37,700 nucleotides of DNA, from contig JBDOQK010000059.1 in NCBI GenBank assembly GCA_040437565.1, positions 186,001 to 223,700 on the forward strand, written 5' to 3'. Below the pieces are notes generated by a model, which was given only the letters and a program-made list of their open reading frames with translations, was not told the DNA's origin and ran no database searches. Origin of the DNA: Albugo candida (lineage: Eukaryota). Shown piece by piece: positions 1 through 11,735 of the stretch. Positions within the stretch are counted from its first letter, which is position 1. Every line of letters starts with the position of its first letter. A program made the position numbers and the translations under genes.

Positions 1-431
1 CACAATCGCAAGATCTTACACGTCATTGGTGCTCCAATGACAGCGACAGTGGGTGGAGTTGACAGAAATTGATTGCAAATCTGAGGAGGATGGTAGTTGA
101 AGCGTATGGTGTCCCAGAAACATGCGTGTGTGGAAGAGATACATCTCGTTGCTGCGGAAGACATTGATTTCTTACTGAAACGATTGATTGAGCTATTAGA
201 AAAGCCGAGAATCGACATGACTTTTGTCATCTGATCCTGTTCAGTAACAGGGAAAGTGTGATGTAAGATCCCACTCTAAACTAGTGTTCTTCTTCAACTA
301 GCGTAGATCAGGGCCGGATCGTGACAGTATTTTTCACTTGTAGTATTGTCGAATTTGTCAGAAAGTATCTTGATTAGGTTAAGGTATTACATCACTTATT
401 TTGTATGTAGTTGTGTGTGGGCTTATTACAC

Positions 432-1037
432 GCCCAATTCGTGTGCGACCGCATCGCAACGTACAAAATGGAGTTTGAAGCGATTATGGGTCAGCTTAAA
501 TATTCACTTTCATTGATGGACTGTGAGTACAAAGACAAGTAGATGTGGATCTCATTAATCATAAGAAAAGACGGTTTTCCACGAAAGTAAAGTCTAGCCA
601 GCTCTCACAGCCTACATTGTCTGAGTGGCATAGAGGATCCCCCCTAAAGCCACTATCGAGTAGAAAGGGCACAAGAAGAGGCGGNNNNNNNNNNNNNNNN
701 NNNNNNNNNNNNNNNNNNNNNNNNNNNNNNNNNNNNNNNNNNNNNNNNNNNNNNNNNNNNNNNNNNNNNNNNNNNNNNNNNNNNGCCCAATTCGTGTGCG
801 ACCGCATCGCAACGTACAAAATGGAGTTTGAAGCGATTATGGGTCAGCTTAAATATTCACTTTCATTGATGGACTGTGAGTACAAAGACAAGTAGATGTG
901 GATCTCATTAATCATAAGAAAAGACGGTTTTCCACGAAAGTAAAGTCTAGCCAGCTCTCACAGCCTACATTGTCTGAGTGGCATAGAGGATCCCCCCTAA
1001 AGCCACTATCGAGTAGAAAGGGCACAAGAAGAGGCGG
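432..1037. repeat. Gap-flanking exact duplication (432-684 = 785-1037); assembly artefact
   Basis: 253 bp repeated either side of the 100-N gap at 685-784. Confidence 0.85.
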
Positions 1038-4000
1038 CTGCAGTACAAAAACGAAGTGATCTAAAGTGGTCATTGCCCAGGATGCTCTACAATAGACTTA
1101 ACGTAATTAATCTAGGATCTAAACAGTACAGTGCTTGCTATTTTTCTGCATTTTGGCTCTTCATATTCCACAATACTTGGAATTTGTGTGTGCAGAGAGT
1201 ATATGGATAATATACGGGTTTTTGATAGCCACATAACGAACTGAATGGACGATACAGCAATGACACTATGAAGAGTCAATGACACGAAGAATGACCTGTA
1301 GCGCAGCAAAGTTCATTAGACTTTAAAGTAAGAAACTTCTTATTATAATTTGTATGCATGGGTGAAGCTTGCCGGATCAATTACTTGCACTTTATCGATG
1401 GTCATGTAAAGTGCGAAGATGTAATCCCACGAAATGAGAATGAGTTGAAATTTTATCGAGGAAGCTTAGCAGGCAATGATAAAAACTTTAATAATGGGAG
1501 ATCTGCATCAACACATTTAATAGAGAGAAGTTTTATGTGCTCAGAAGTCCATTCAACAGATTGCATTTGCGACGTCGATTAAAGGAAATCAAGAGAGGCA
1601 ATAGACACCAACCTTATTATGTACATGGAGATGCGAGGGACGATCAGCATACCTGTGGTTTTCTATGAATGTCTTAAATGATATTGATAATGGCTGAGAA
1701 TGTGCCTGGTTCGACCCAATCTGCGCAAGCTATTATACATATGATTTAAACAACTACGGAGTCAAAATGGCGCTATAAGGACAACAGAGAAGATATCGAG
1801 GAAGAAAATTCATAACAATGTTCGAAGCCTAAAGCACAGATAAAAGTGGAAATGTCTGAAATGCAGACATTTGAGCTTTCGATGCCCGTGTAAGAAGAAT
1901 TAGCGTTTAGAAAGATAAACGAATTTAGGAGTTACGAAAAATCAGAATTTTTATCATTAGATGATCTTGGAGGGGTACATTGCTATAAGCAGTTGATGTT
2001 CGCACAGTAGCAGTCTCTACATGACCATTTATCGTATCGAATACGTTCGTCAGATTCTTCAAAAGAAAAAGTGTATCGGGGTCCGAAAAAGTCGTTAAAA
2101 GGTTACTTGGTGCGACATCAGTCTAAATCCAAAATACTGATTCATGTAAAATCGAGCCTTTACAATGGTCAAGCAGCACCAAAGGCTATACCTATAACCG
2201 GGACCGTAAAACCATCGGATGAGGCTGGATGTAGCTGGGAATCATGATATGCTCGTCAAGGTGAGCCGGTAATCGATAAATCGATTCATTGTAAAGCGTG
2301 CTGCTGATTCTGCATCCAAGTATTATTAGATACCGGAAAAAGACTAATGGGAGTGGTCAATAGAAAGAAGTCTTATTTAAACTAATTGAAGGCGACCGAG
2401 TGTTACAAATACTGTACAGTTGAATAATGCGTCCGCCCAAGATAAAATTCAATGCAAGTGGATAACACAGAAAATATGTCAGAGGAGAGCTGTCCATTAT
2501 TTGACTGCTTTATGGAGGAACTATTGATATGATCCTTTACGCGGCAAGAAAGTCAGACTTGTCAGAGTAGACAGCGGCACATTATACATCCATCAGCAAT
2601 CTGCTGGAACGGGCTTGAGAAATGATTGAGTACAGACAAGGTGGTGAACAAGAGCTTTCATAAACAGCTCTATACATCACAGTCGCACTCCACTGCCGGA
2701 AACATACTCTCGCAGGGATTGCAATCTTGCCTCATACAGAGGATTTGGGGTATACAGCATAGCAATGTCAAAGACCTTTTCAGCTCTGGAAAGCGTGCAG
2801 ACAAAGTATATGCAATGCATTAATTAACACCCCCTGATCCCCTGATATGATCTAAAGAATAGTAGTTTGAATTGACGATCAAGCAAGCACACGAATCGAG
2901 TCCAAATTCCAAGTTCCATGAAGGTATTTCATGGAATTGGAAATGACTGAAGTAACGAATCAAACATTGAGAATTCTGGTCTCTCTAACACACAATTGGT
3001 TCAATTTCGAGATGACAAGATCTCGTTCATGGATGTTGATGAAGACGGCAGGCTGAAAGTAAAAGCTATTGGCGTTGGTATCTTAAACGCAATCATTTTT
3101 TCACCTTGTCGTCGCAGTGCATTCCATGAATGAACTCAGTAAAGGCATAATATTTTGCATCATCATGTCATGGCTATCAAGTCAGTAACGGCTACGATAC
3201 CAGACCCTGAAAAGCATAGACTCCGTTTCTGAATATGCAGTGCTTCCAGCAAGATCTCGGCAACCTGTGTTAAAACCGTGTATATGAAGCATATATCACT
3301 GGTTGGTATGATTAAAAGGGATTGGTGGAGAAGGGTATTATCTTTACATCGAAATTTAAATGATTCATGGCAGCGGGATGAAGCCTTCTACTGCAAATGT
3401 CGACGAGCTATGTGAGGTCAGCATGAATTCACAATACGCCGAGGTCATATGAAAACTGTGTAATTCGAAGGCTTTTTAGTAAAAAGATGCTTACGTTTGG
3501 TATCCATCAGGGTTCCAGATTGGTTCAGGGCCCACCGCTACATGAGCCGACTTGTAAAAAGAAGAATTCGAGTCTTACAATTGGTACTAGGTCCAACGTA
3601 GCTTTAATGGCAGCTGAATTCCGTTGGTTTGTGAAAAAGCCACGTTTGACGCAATAGAATGAGAGAATCGATTTCATAGATGCTTTAAGATAAAATCTGA
3701 ACTTGGGTTGCTATTTGACGATAGAAAGAAAATTCGATTTATCGTAGTGGGTATTTAATCGGGACGATCGATGTTTAATAGCAGGCATTATCGTCATTGG
3801 TTAAGCATAGAAAGCGATTGCAATCACATCAAATGACGTTCAGCAGAGTCGAGTAAACAATCGAACTATGCCATCGCGTATCCTCGAAGTTGCTAAGAGA
3901 TGCTATTACGGACGTTTCTCTCTCTCCTTCAACATACTTTGAATTGCCCACGTTCTGAAGCTTATTACGGTATCGAACGTTTGGATTGATTCATTTCATG

Positions 4001-4396
4001 TACAATGCTCATATTAGTAGGAAAGCTTTCAAGAGTCCTCCAACGATTACATCAATTCTTTTTTTTCCAGCCCTATTCGCGTGAGAAAACACGGACCACT
4101 CATCATGCTGGTAGATCTACGCATTGTATTGACTTAAAGCTCATGCCAATGATTGAATTTTATTTTGTTGTTGTTGAGGCTGGTTGAAAAGCTTAAGAAT
4201 GTTTTAGTACGGGCTGAAGTGTGATTGTGGCAACCATCTTCAAATTCAGCTTGCCAACAAAAGCACTGGTGTTGAAGAGCCACTGCAGGTTATTACTGGT
4301 TCAAAACCTAGTAGCGATACCAAACTTCTGTGGAAGATATTGAGAAGCGTCAATTCAATAGTCACTAGTTTTAATAAATACCACCACAACGGTCCC

Positions 4397-5245
4397 ATGC
4401 GAAGACGGACGAAATCTAATGATATTCCTTTACCGCTGCAATACAAGACCGCGCTATTGCTTTTTATTGGTTTTACTGCGGGATTCTACTTTCAGTTAGT
4501 GCTGTTTTACCTTCATGTCAGAAAAGGTTTCTCAGGTGAGATCCTTACTTCCCACGATTATCGATCGATGGAAGAATATCATAAAGGAGAAATCCAGTCG
4601 CGGATGAAACTCGTTTTATTTGTCTCTAAAAAATCCAATTGGGATTATATTGGACTCATTGCATCACCGCACACGATTCTATTTGCTCACGTTGATGTGG
4701 AAATTCCTCCATCTTTGCGCAACTCGATTGACACGATACTTCACGAAGGCATCGATAGCTATCTCAACTTACACAACAAAACGATAACAGTTATGAGTCA
4801 TGTCTATAAGAAACACTCTGAGCATCATTTTTTTAAGCAGGATGACGACGCTATCGTTTTTTGGCCGCATTTTTATGACTGTATGAAAAAGTGTCTGGAA
4901 TTGAGCACATGTTACGCTGGCGACATGCATGTTAACATTGGTGATCTCAGCAATCGAAACTTGTATGTCTTCGCCACTGGAGGCTCTTATTTTGTTGGTA
5001 ATAAACTTTTAGAATGCATCTTGGGATCTAACGTTTATGTGGAACGCACCGGATTGGATTTTGGAGAAGATAAAACTGTTGGGAAGATGATCTTTTACAA
5101 TAATTGTGTGGTACAATATGTCAGCTGCAAATGGTTCAACAATAAAGAGATATACAGCACAAATGCACATTTCACAATGAGGAAAGGAAGATCCAATGAG
5201 ATAAAAAGTGATCAGATTCTAGCTGGTAAAGATGAACATTTGTAG
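4397..5245 (+). CDS. Type II membrane glycosyltransferase, GT31 (beta-1,3-galactosyltransferase/Fringe-like) family
   Basis: The first ATG of the 4340-5245 ORF is at 4397 (MRRRTKS). A short basic N-tail is followed by a hydrophobic anchor (ALLLFIGFTAGFYFQLVLFYL), a DxD motif (FFKQDDDAIV), YVFATGGSYFVG and GEDKTVGK. These match the GT31 pattern KxDDD / GGxY / EDxxxG. Confidence 0.75.
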   Translation: MRRRTKSNDIPLPLQYKTALLLFIGFTAGFYFQLVLFYLHVRKGFSGEILTSHDYRSMEEYHKGEIQSRMKLVLFVSKKSNWDYIGLIASPHTILFAHVDVEIPPSLRNSIDTILHEGIDSYLNLHNKTITVMSHVYKKHSEHHFFKQDDDAIVFWPHFYDCMKKCLELSTCYAGDMHVNIGDLSNRNLYVFATGGSYFVGNKLLECILGSNVYVERTGLDFGEDKTVGKMIFYNNCVVQYVSCKWFNNKEIYSTNAHFTMRKGRSNEIKSDQILAGKDEHL

Positions 5246-6145
5246 AGATTACACCGGCGTTGACGAAAGAAGTACGAGCTGTTGCTCGCCAGCAGCAAAC
5301 ATCTCTATGTAGCGAATATTCTTCGGGTGATCGAACCAAATATCGGGATAATTTTGAAGAAGAAATTGTACCAGTGTCCAAATGAGCTCTTTGTTATCAA
5401 GTAATCTCTGCATCGCAAGGTTTTTCGATCTCCAGGCTCAAAGCAGTCCGACAGGTTCCTATGTATTCAGTGACGGCGCTCGTCAAAGTAATTTTTTGTG
5501 GAATACAGATACGAGCAATCGATTATGGAAGGCTGGATTGTCATTGCTCAATCAGTATTTTAACAGCTTAACATACGAAGTCATAGAAATGCTGAAAGGA
5601 ATGCATTTTTATCCAGTCCTATCTCGTTGCTCGATTCCTATATGCCAAAATTATACTTTGCCTATGATATATCCAGTGAGAATGTTGCAATTCATTATCC
5701 AGTGCTTTGATTGATGAAAAATGCTGCGTCGGGAACCAACTCGAGTGGAGACGTATGCCGACGCAATGGAGGAATATAAATCATATTTGGAGGAGAAGCG
5801 AAATACACAGGAAGGGGAATTGGGCGGCCAAGAACGTAAGAACATCATATTGAAAGATCATGAACGAATTCGACAAGAAACACGGTCTCGTATTGGACTC
5901 ATTGCGAAATGATACACACAGATTGAGATCTAAGACAATAGCACTATCACTTCTAAACTTGGCAGTTGATTCTACCGTTTTTATTGACGTGAATTCCATA
6001 CTTTCGAACACAATTAGCAAAGACATACTCTGCACCCGTGAGCATTCTGCTATTTCCGCTTTTCTTCAAATCATAGACGAGAAGCTGACTTTGATTAAGA
6101 AGCGGACACCAGTCGCCAAATCTTCACTGTCAAATTACTTCATTG

Positions 6146-7147
6146 TCATGTTGGAGTATCGGCCGGTTCTTTGTCTTGCTCGTTTGAGACTGAGCATTGG
6201 CTGCCGTCGACCCCAAAATGATACAAATACGTTGAGACAACAACAACACAGAAGCCACACAAAAATTCTAATGAAGGCATAAAGTGAAAAAAAATAATTG
6301 AGAAAGCCACAGTCAGCATCATTGCAACTGCGTGAGCGTACACGCACGCAATATTATCGAGATACTTGAAAAGGAATCCAATAGCTAGCCCTCCAATACT
6401 GTGCGTCACAATTGCTGCCCAGGTCCATAGACTATACCCATTAAAGAATCCATTTTGCGATATAGCATTTTTTTCTGCCAATAGACCGAGCACATTGAAA
6501 AAGATGCCAGCCATATATAATTGCAGATTCTGCCACATAAAACAACAGTTCGGATCCCTTTTAAAAGCCCATTCCGTAAAAATTCCAGCACACGACGAAA
6601 TGAAAATACCGATTCCGACCAAAACAAGTCCGAATACAAAATGATCATCGTTGGAGTTGCTTGTGTTATGGTGTCCTAAGGGCCGATTGTCAAGTATTGA
6701 GGCATGATCTGACTCGCTTGTGATTACTCCGAGTAACAAGAGCCCAATTGCAGCGTACTGAATTGAATCCAATAGTTTTCTTAACACAAGTCGAAATAGT
6801 AGCGCTGTTGTAAGAATTTTCATATTCCAAAGTACAGAAAGTGTTGCAGGATCCATAAAACGTAACAATAGATATGTTAGATTACTATCGATCGTGTACA
6901 AGCAAGCAGGAACCGCGTAGAGGAGTGCGTGCTTCACAGACAATGTAACATCTTTTCGTGGAGAGCGCCTTGTAAAAATAAAAGTAAGCAAGCACAGCAC
7001 CATTTTCGACACCTCGATTAGCAGCGTAGCAGTCACACTTATATAAGGGATCTTTCCATCCTTTTTGGACGCATTGATAAACAAATTTCCTCCGCACATC
7101 AACGCGGCCGTCACCACAATCAACGCGATCTCTTCCAAGCGCTTCAT
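6146..7147 (-). CDS. Nucleotide-sugar transporter, SLC35A (UDP-Gal/CMP-Sia transporter-like) family
   Basis: 333-aa intronless ORF with multiple hydrophobic helices and the family motifs EVSK, YAVPACLY, DPAT..VLWNMKILTTALLFRLVL, AGIFTE, QNLQLY and GGLAIGFLFKYLDNI. Confidence 0.9.
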   Translation of the reverse strand: MKRLEEIALIVVTAALMCGGNLFINASKKDGKIPYISVTATLLIEVSKMVLCLLTFIFTRRSPRKDVTLSVKHALLYAVPACLYTIDSNLTYLLLRFMDPATLSVLWNMKILTTALLFRLVLRKLLDSIQYAAIGLLLLGVITSESDHASILDNRPLGHHNTSNSNDDHFVFGLVLVGIGIFISSCAGIFTEWAFKRDPNCCFMWQNLQLYMAGIFFNVLGLLAEKNAISQNGFFNGYSLWTWAAIVTHSIGGLAIGFLFKYLDNIACVYAHAVAMMLTVAFSIIFFHFMPSLEFLCGFCVVVVSTYLYHFGVDGSQCSVSNEQDKEPADTPT

Positions 7148-7895
7148 AATTTGTTGTACGAATGTTGTACGAAGCAGTGACAGGATACGTGCGCCAAGCG
7201 CATTTTATTTACATCATGCACGCTGCATCATTTAGCCTCTAAATATCTTCAAAAAGCGACATTAAGCTTCTCGACCAATTCATCCTGGTCGAAATTGCGC
7301 TGTTTGTCCAAGGAGAGTAATGTCGCTGCTGTAATCTCGTTGTTCGCATCTGTTCGGACGTCTTTGAGCTTGGCGTACTCATAATCATTCCGCTGTTTGG
7401 ACACTTCTGATTCCGATATGAAGCCTAGGATAGAAGGCCGTGCATCACGAGCGATGGTGGTAGATGAAGCGACTTGCATCGGAACCGATTCTGATGACGC
7501 GATCAATGAGAGGATATCTTCGATGGAGGAATTCCGAGGCANNNNNNNNNNNNNNNNNNNNNNNNNNNNNNNNNNNNNNNNNNNNNNNNNNNNNNNNNNN
7601 NNNNNNNNNNNNNNNNNNNNNNNNNNNNNNNNNNNNNNNNNATTGGACTCATTGCGAAATGATACACACAGATTGAGATCTAAGACAATAGCACTATCAC
7701 TTCTAAACTTGGCAGTTGATTCTACCGTTTTTATTGACGTGAATTCCATACTTTCGAACACAATTAGCAAAGACATACTCTGCACCCGTGAGCATTCTGC
7801 TATTTCCGCTTTTCTTCAAATCATAGACGAGAAGCTGACTTTGATTAAGAAGCGGACACCAGTCGCCAAATCTTCACTGTCAAATTACTTCATTG

Positions 7896-8897
7896 TCATG
7901 TTGGAGTATCGGCCGGTTCTTTGTCTTGCTCGTTTGAGACTGAGCATTGGCTGCCGTCGACCCCAAAATGATACAAATACGTTGAGACAACAACAACACA
8001 GAAGCCACACAAAAATTCTAATGAAGGCATAAAGTGAAAAAAAATAATTGAGAAAGCCACAGTCAGCATCATTGCAACTGCGTGAGCGTACACGCACGCA
8101 ATATTATCGAGATACTTGAAAAGGAATCCAATAGCTAGCCCTCCAATACTGTGCGTCACAATTGCTGCCCAGGTCCATAGACTATACCCATTAAAGAATC
8201 CATTTTGCGATATAGCATTTTTTTCTGCCAATAGACCGAGCACATTGAAAAAGATGCCAGCCATATATAATTGCAGATTCTGCCACATAAAACAACAGTT
8301 CGGATCCCTTTTAAAAGCCCATTCCGTAAAAATTCCAGCACACGACGAAATGAAAATACCGATTCCGACCAAAACAAGTCCGAATACAAAATGATCATCG
8401 TTGGAGTTGCTTGTGTTATGGTGTCCTAAGGGCCGATTGTCAAGTATTGAGGCATGATCTGACTCGCTTGTGATTACTCCGAGTAACAAGAGCCCAATTG
8501 CAGCGTACTGAATTGAATCCAATAGTTTTCTTAACACAAGTCGAAATAGTAGCGCTGTTGTAAGAATTTTCATATTCCAAAGTACAGAAAGTGTTGCAGG
8601 ATCCATAAAACGTAACAATAGATATGTTAGATTACTATCGATCGTGTACAAGCAAGCAGGAACCGCGTAGAGGAGTGCGTGCTTCACAGACAATGTAACA
8701 TCTTTTCGTGGAGAGCGCCTTGTAAAAATAAAAGTAAGCAAGCACAGCACCATTTTCGACACCTCGATTAGCAGCGTAGCAGTCACACTTATATAAGGGA
8801 TCTTTCCATCCTTTTTGGACGCATTGATAAACAAATTTCCTCCGCACATCAACGCGGCCGTCACCACAATCAACGCGATCTCTTCCAAGCGCTTCAT
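7896..8897 (-). CDS. Identical second copy of the nucleotide-sugar transporter (probably the same locus assembled twice)
   Basis: Lies in 7642-9291, which reads identical to 5892-7541 across a 100-N gap. Confidence 0.5.
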   Translation of the reverse strand: MKRLEEIALIVVTAALMCGGNLFINASKKDGKIPYISVTATLLIEVSKMVLCLLTFIFTRRSPRKDVTLSVKHALLYAVPACLYTIDSNLTYLLLRFMDPATLSVLWNMKILTTALLFRLVLRKLLDSIQYAAIGLLLLGVITSESDHASILDNRPLGHHNTSNSNDDHFVFGLVLVGIGIFISSCAGIFTEWAFKRDPNCCFMWQNLQLYMAGIFFNVLGLLAEKNAISQNGFFNGYSLWTWAAIVTHSIGGLAIGFLFKYLDNIACVYAHAVAMMLTVAFSIIFFHFMPSLEFLCGFCVVVVSTYLYHFGVDGSQCSVSNEQDKEPADTPT

Positions 8898-8998
8898 AAT
8901 TTGTTGTACGAATGTTGTACGAAGCAGTGACAGGATACGTGCGCCAAGCGCATTTTATTTACATCATGCACGCTGCATCATTTAGCCTCTAAATATCT

Positions 8999-11016
8999 TC
9001 AAAAAGCGACATTAAGCTTCTCGACCAATTCATCCTGGTCGAAATTGCGCTGTTTGTCCAAGGAGAGTAATGTCGCTGCTGTAATCTCGTTGTTCGCATC
9101 TGTTCGGACGTCTTTGAGCTTGGCGTACTCATAATCATTCCGCTGTTTGGACACTTCTGATTCCGATATGAAGCCTAGGATAGAAGGCCGTGCATCACGA
9201 GCGATGGTGGTAGATGAAGCGACTTGCATCGGAACCGATTCTGATGACGCGATCAATGAGAGGATATCTTCGATGGAGGAATTCCGAGGCATAAAGTTGC
9301 CAGCAGCGAGAGAAGAAAGGCTTCCAAACGAGCCACAATTTGGAATCGAATTGGATGGCGGAAGCTGATCACATGAGCCGATACGTGCCAAGAAATCACT
9401 GGAAGAAACACGACATAGCTTCTCCAATGAAGCAAGACGCTCGAGAGAGGGGGCACGATTTACTCCATTAAACGTAGCGGAATTCCACATCGATGTCTCT
9501 GTTGAAGAGATACCGTGGATCTCATCGAGCGAAGGAATGCGGGGAAAAATTCCAGAGAAATTCCGAAGCGGTTTTGGACAGTGTGATTGTGATTTGGAAT
9601 TGTCTTCCCAATGTGATTTTTCGTCGATATTGCTGCCTTTCGCTCGGCTGAATCCAATTTTATTCCTTTTTTTAGAAGAGGGACTTTGAGGAATGTGTTC
9701 TTCAAGTAGATAGGATAGCTGCTCAAGAGAGTGAGTGCGGGGAATGCAGCCTTCTCTCGAGCATGTTTTGGTCGGAGACAGCGCTTTGCAGCTTTGATTT
9801 TGTGTTGTCACACTGGAATGACTGGGTGCCATCGCCATCGACGTTATCTTGATATTGGTCGGTATATGATTTAAGAACTCCGAAGAAGATACTCGCGAAG
9901 AAAGACTTTCGACTGATGCATTTCTTGAAAGGACTGGTGGTATCGCACAATCTTCTTCCGTGTGCGAGGCACAATTCCCATTCACCTCAACTTTGCATAT
10001 CATTTCGCCTTTATCGATAGCCATCCTGTCACCAATGTTGGACGATGATGGTCTCTCATCTTGGGTCATATTTGTTATTTCTTGGAAACTTCTCTTACTG
10101 ATCAAAGGTGAATTGTGTGAGGTATCCTGAAGGCTACCGACAACGGATCGTGCATGCCCAGCTTTCAAATTATGGTCAGGGATTCCATTCCGTGCCTTTG
10201 ATTCATTCGAAACATTTGGAAATGCTTGTCTCATTATACATCGATACCTATCACGATTCAAATCCAATTCATGACGCTTCTCTCGTCGCCGATGATTGGT
10301 TTCTTCTCGTTCCAAATAAGTCTTTTCCAGCTCTGCCAATTCCGACCGAATCTTTTGCATCTCCTCTTCCGGTAAACTTATTTCCCGACGTCGAAACACA
10401 ATCTATGCAGAAAAGTTACGTTTGTGAACCCATTCACAAACGCCTTTGAGCTCACCTTTCCTATACATTGATCACCTGTATATTTTTTGGAGATTCTCAT
10501 TGGATCACAATGGAGTAATTTGGACAGGAAGGCACGAAGTGTGGTTCCTTCTGCTAAAGGTAAATTACCTTTCTTGAATTCCCCAATAAGTCGGTCACAA
10601 TACGCACTCTCTTCAGCAGTCCATTTTCCCTTGCGAATGCATTTCAATGTCGGTGACACTACTTTTGGATGGGACGTATCAATTTGTTGTGGTGGTGTAC
10701 AAGTCTCTTGAGATGCATTGTATATAGGATATCGCTCTCGTATGACCAAATCGCGCACGCACTGGATTTCTGTTAAGCATACTGGACAAAGGTTTTCTTT
10801 CATCCGAACAGAATCAAGGCAGACAAAGTGGAATACATGAAGACATGGTTCTAGAATAGTGTCGGAGTGAGAAGTATAGCACATGGTACAAGGATAGAAG
10901 GGTGTCATGGATGTTGCTAGAAGGGGGATGTTGTTGGGAGGTTTGGATACGGTGTGGAACGGATGGTTACGGTCACGGGTTGACAGTACGTGATCTCGTT
11001 GACTCGAGTCGATCAT
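8999..11016 (-). CDS. Two-exon RING-H2 + stramenopile Myb-like domain protein, about 654 aa (exon 1 11016-10456, intron 10455-10403, exon 2 10402-8999)
   Basis: Exon 1 has a C3H2C3 RING (CTMC..CLHVFHFVC..CPVC) and RKGKWTAEESAYCDRLIGEFKKGNLPLAEGTTLRAFLSKLLHCDPMRISKK. A 53-nt GTGAG...CGTAAC...TAG intron joins CIGK in frame to IVFRRRE of the 466-aa ORF, which continues into a coiled coil and a Ser-rich tail. Confidence 0.88.
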
Positions 11017-11690
11017 GGTATAAATTACGTTGTAACTGGTTACACTTGACGAATTATTGAATTATAGACGAATTTAGACGTTGATTACACTGCGCGCTGT
11101 TGTTTACAAGTGTTGGAGAAGGACCATAACAAGATGTATACTTATCTAGCAAACGTTAGATGTAGCTGGATACTATGTATGCAAAACAGCCTTGATTTCA
11201 GCGAGGTCGAATATCGAACAATTCAAAAGTGATTTGCGACGACCGACTCAAAATTGAATCGTGCCTTCTAAATTATAATTCGGAGACAGTGAACGCAATG
11301 TAATTTTTTTCCTCCGATTGCTTCTTTTTGTCTCACAACCCATCGCAAGAGAATGCTGTCTTTATAGACCAATCAAATTAAGTGGAACTTTATGGAAAGT
11401 TTCATTTGGATAAAAATATATGCCCCTGGAACCGGTACTAACGTGCACTGCAATGAAGTGACGCGGAGGTAGCGCATTTGTTCTTGTCCATGCAAAACTC
11501 TATCGCCATTTCTCAAAGACATCATATCACATTGCTCAATAAGAACGATAGTAAACCTGTAACATCTGCATTTTTGGCTGAGCGCGACACGTACTGCATG
11601 CTTCGTGCAAGCAACATCCGCATACAATAACTCATACCAAGACATTTGCGTACCGGAGCTCTCAGCGATATAAATGACAACAATGAATCC

Positions 11691-11735
11691 GAGACGCACG
11701 AGACGCACGAGACGCATGAGACGCACGAGACGCAC
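11691..11735. repeat. Tandem 9-mer (GAGACGCAC)x5
   Basis: Five adjacent copies, the third with one C>T change. Confidence 0.95.

Larger units (their letters stand above)
5892..9291. repeat. Gap-flanking exact duplication (5892-7541 = 7642-9291); assembly artefact
   Basis: 1650 bp repeated either side of the gap at 7542-7641. Confidence 0.85.

Noticed and set aside
248..326. Purine tract followed by TGTGA...TGACA, resembling a PPT plus mini-LTR
   Set aside because: Only 70 bp, with no partner LTR in the window and no recognisable pol upstream.
1600..3800. Very old Gypsy pol relic (faint KC..VTWC, WSI..KE and DQ-like motifs)
   Set aside because: The motifs are too degenerate and lie in different frames. 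A translated HMM search would be needed.
6146..8897. Tandem duplication of the transporter gene
   Set aside because: The copies are identical and abut a 100-N gap, the same pattern as at seven other gaps.
11691..11735. CRISPR-like or iteron array
   Set aside because: Contiguous 9-mer with no spacers, in a eukaryotic context.
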